Shown in pieces: positions 33,734-33,889 of a stretch of 33,889 nucleotides of DNA (position 1 is its first letter; each line of letters opens with the position of its first letter). The stretch is from Octopus sinensis (taxonomy: Eukaryota), in contig NW_021832023.1 in assembly GCF_006345805.1 (NCBI RefSeq), positions 1 through 33,889 of the forward strand. The letters are read 5' to 3'. The notes beneath the pieces were generated by a model. It made no database searches, was not told where the DNA came from, and was given only the letters and a program-made list of their open reading frames with translations. The position numbers were made by a program, and so were the translations under genes.

Positions 33734-33889
33734 AACAATTTCTTAACAATTTACAGTGAATTTCAGAAAAGTCCTCGTCAATGAAACCACAACAGATTAG
33801 GATATCACTGTCTCTTCATTTTGTACACATACACATAAAATAACATGTTTTCGTACTGTATATTGTTATGATCTAAGAATTACAATTTG

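Overview
This is AT-rich, microsatellite-saturated eukaryotic DNA that is mostly intronic or intergenic. The SINE families resemble those I recall from octopus genomes; this is inference, not a database check. No complete protein-coding gene is present, and almost all ORF-track entries are translations of simple repeats. The window contains: many tRNA-derived SINEs, some nested or tandemly amplified with target-site duplications (TSDs); three unrelated decayed Penelope-like retroelements (PLEs) with GIY-YIG domains; RTE, R4/Dong-type and ORF1 LINE remnants; a mariner transposase fossil; a TA-flanked MITE; a Helitron-like fragment; a 303-bp near-perfect palindrome; and a candidate host-gene 5' end on the minus strand (CpG-rich patch with a splice donor, plus an exon encoding a signal-peptide-like N-terminus). 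The most striking signal is a cluster of hammerhead ribozyme motifs. One has a fully canonical type I core just downstream of a PLE ORF. Three more belong to a short element combining a tRNA-like Pol III head, (AAT)n and a minimal hammerhead, with PLE-style inverted junction pieces, which suggests a ribozyme-bearing non-autonomous retroelement. All folds and translations were done by eye; boundaries of decayed elements are approximate.
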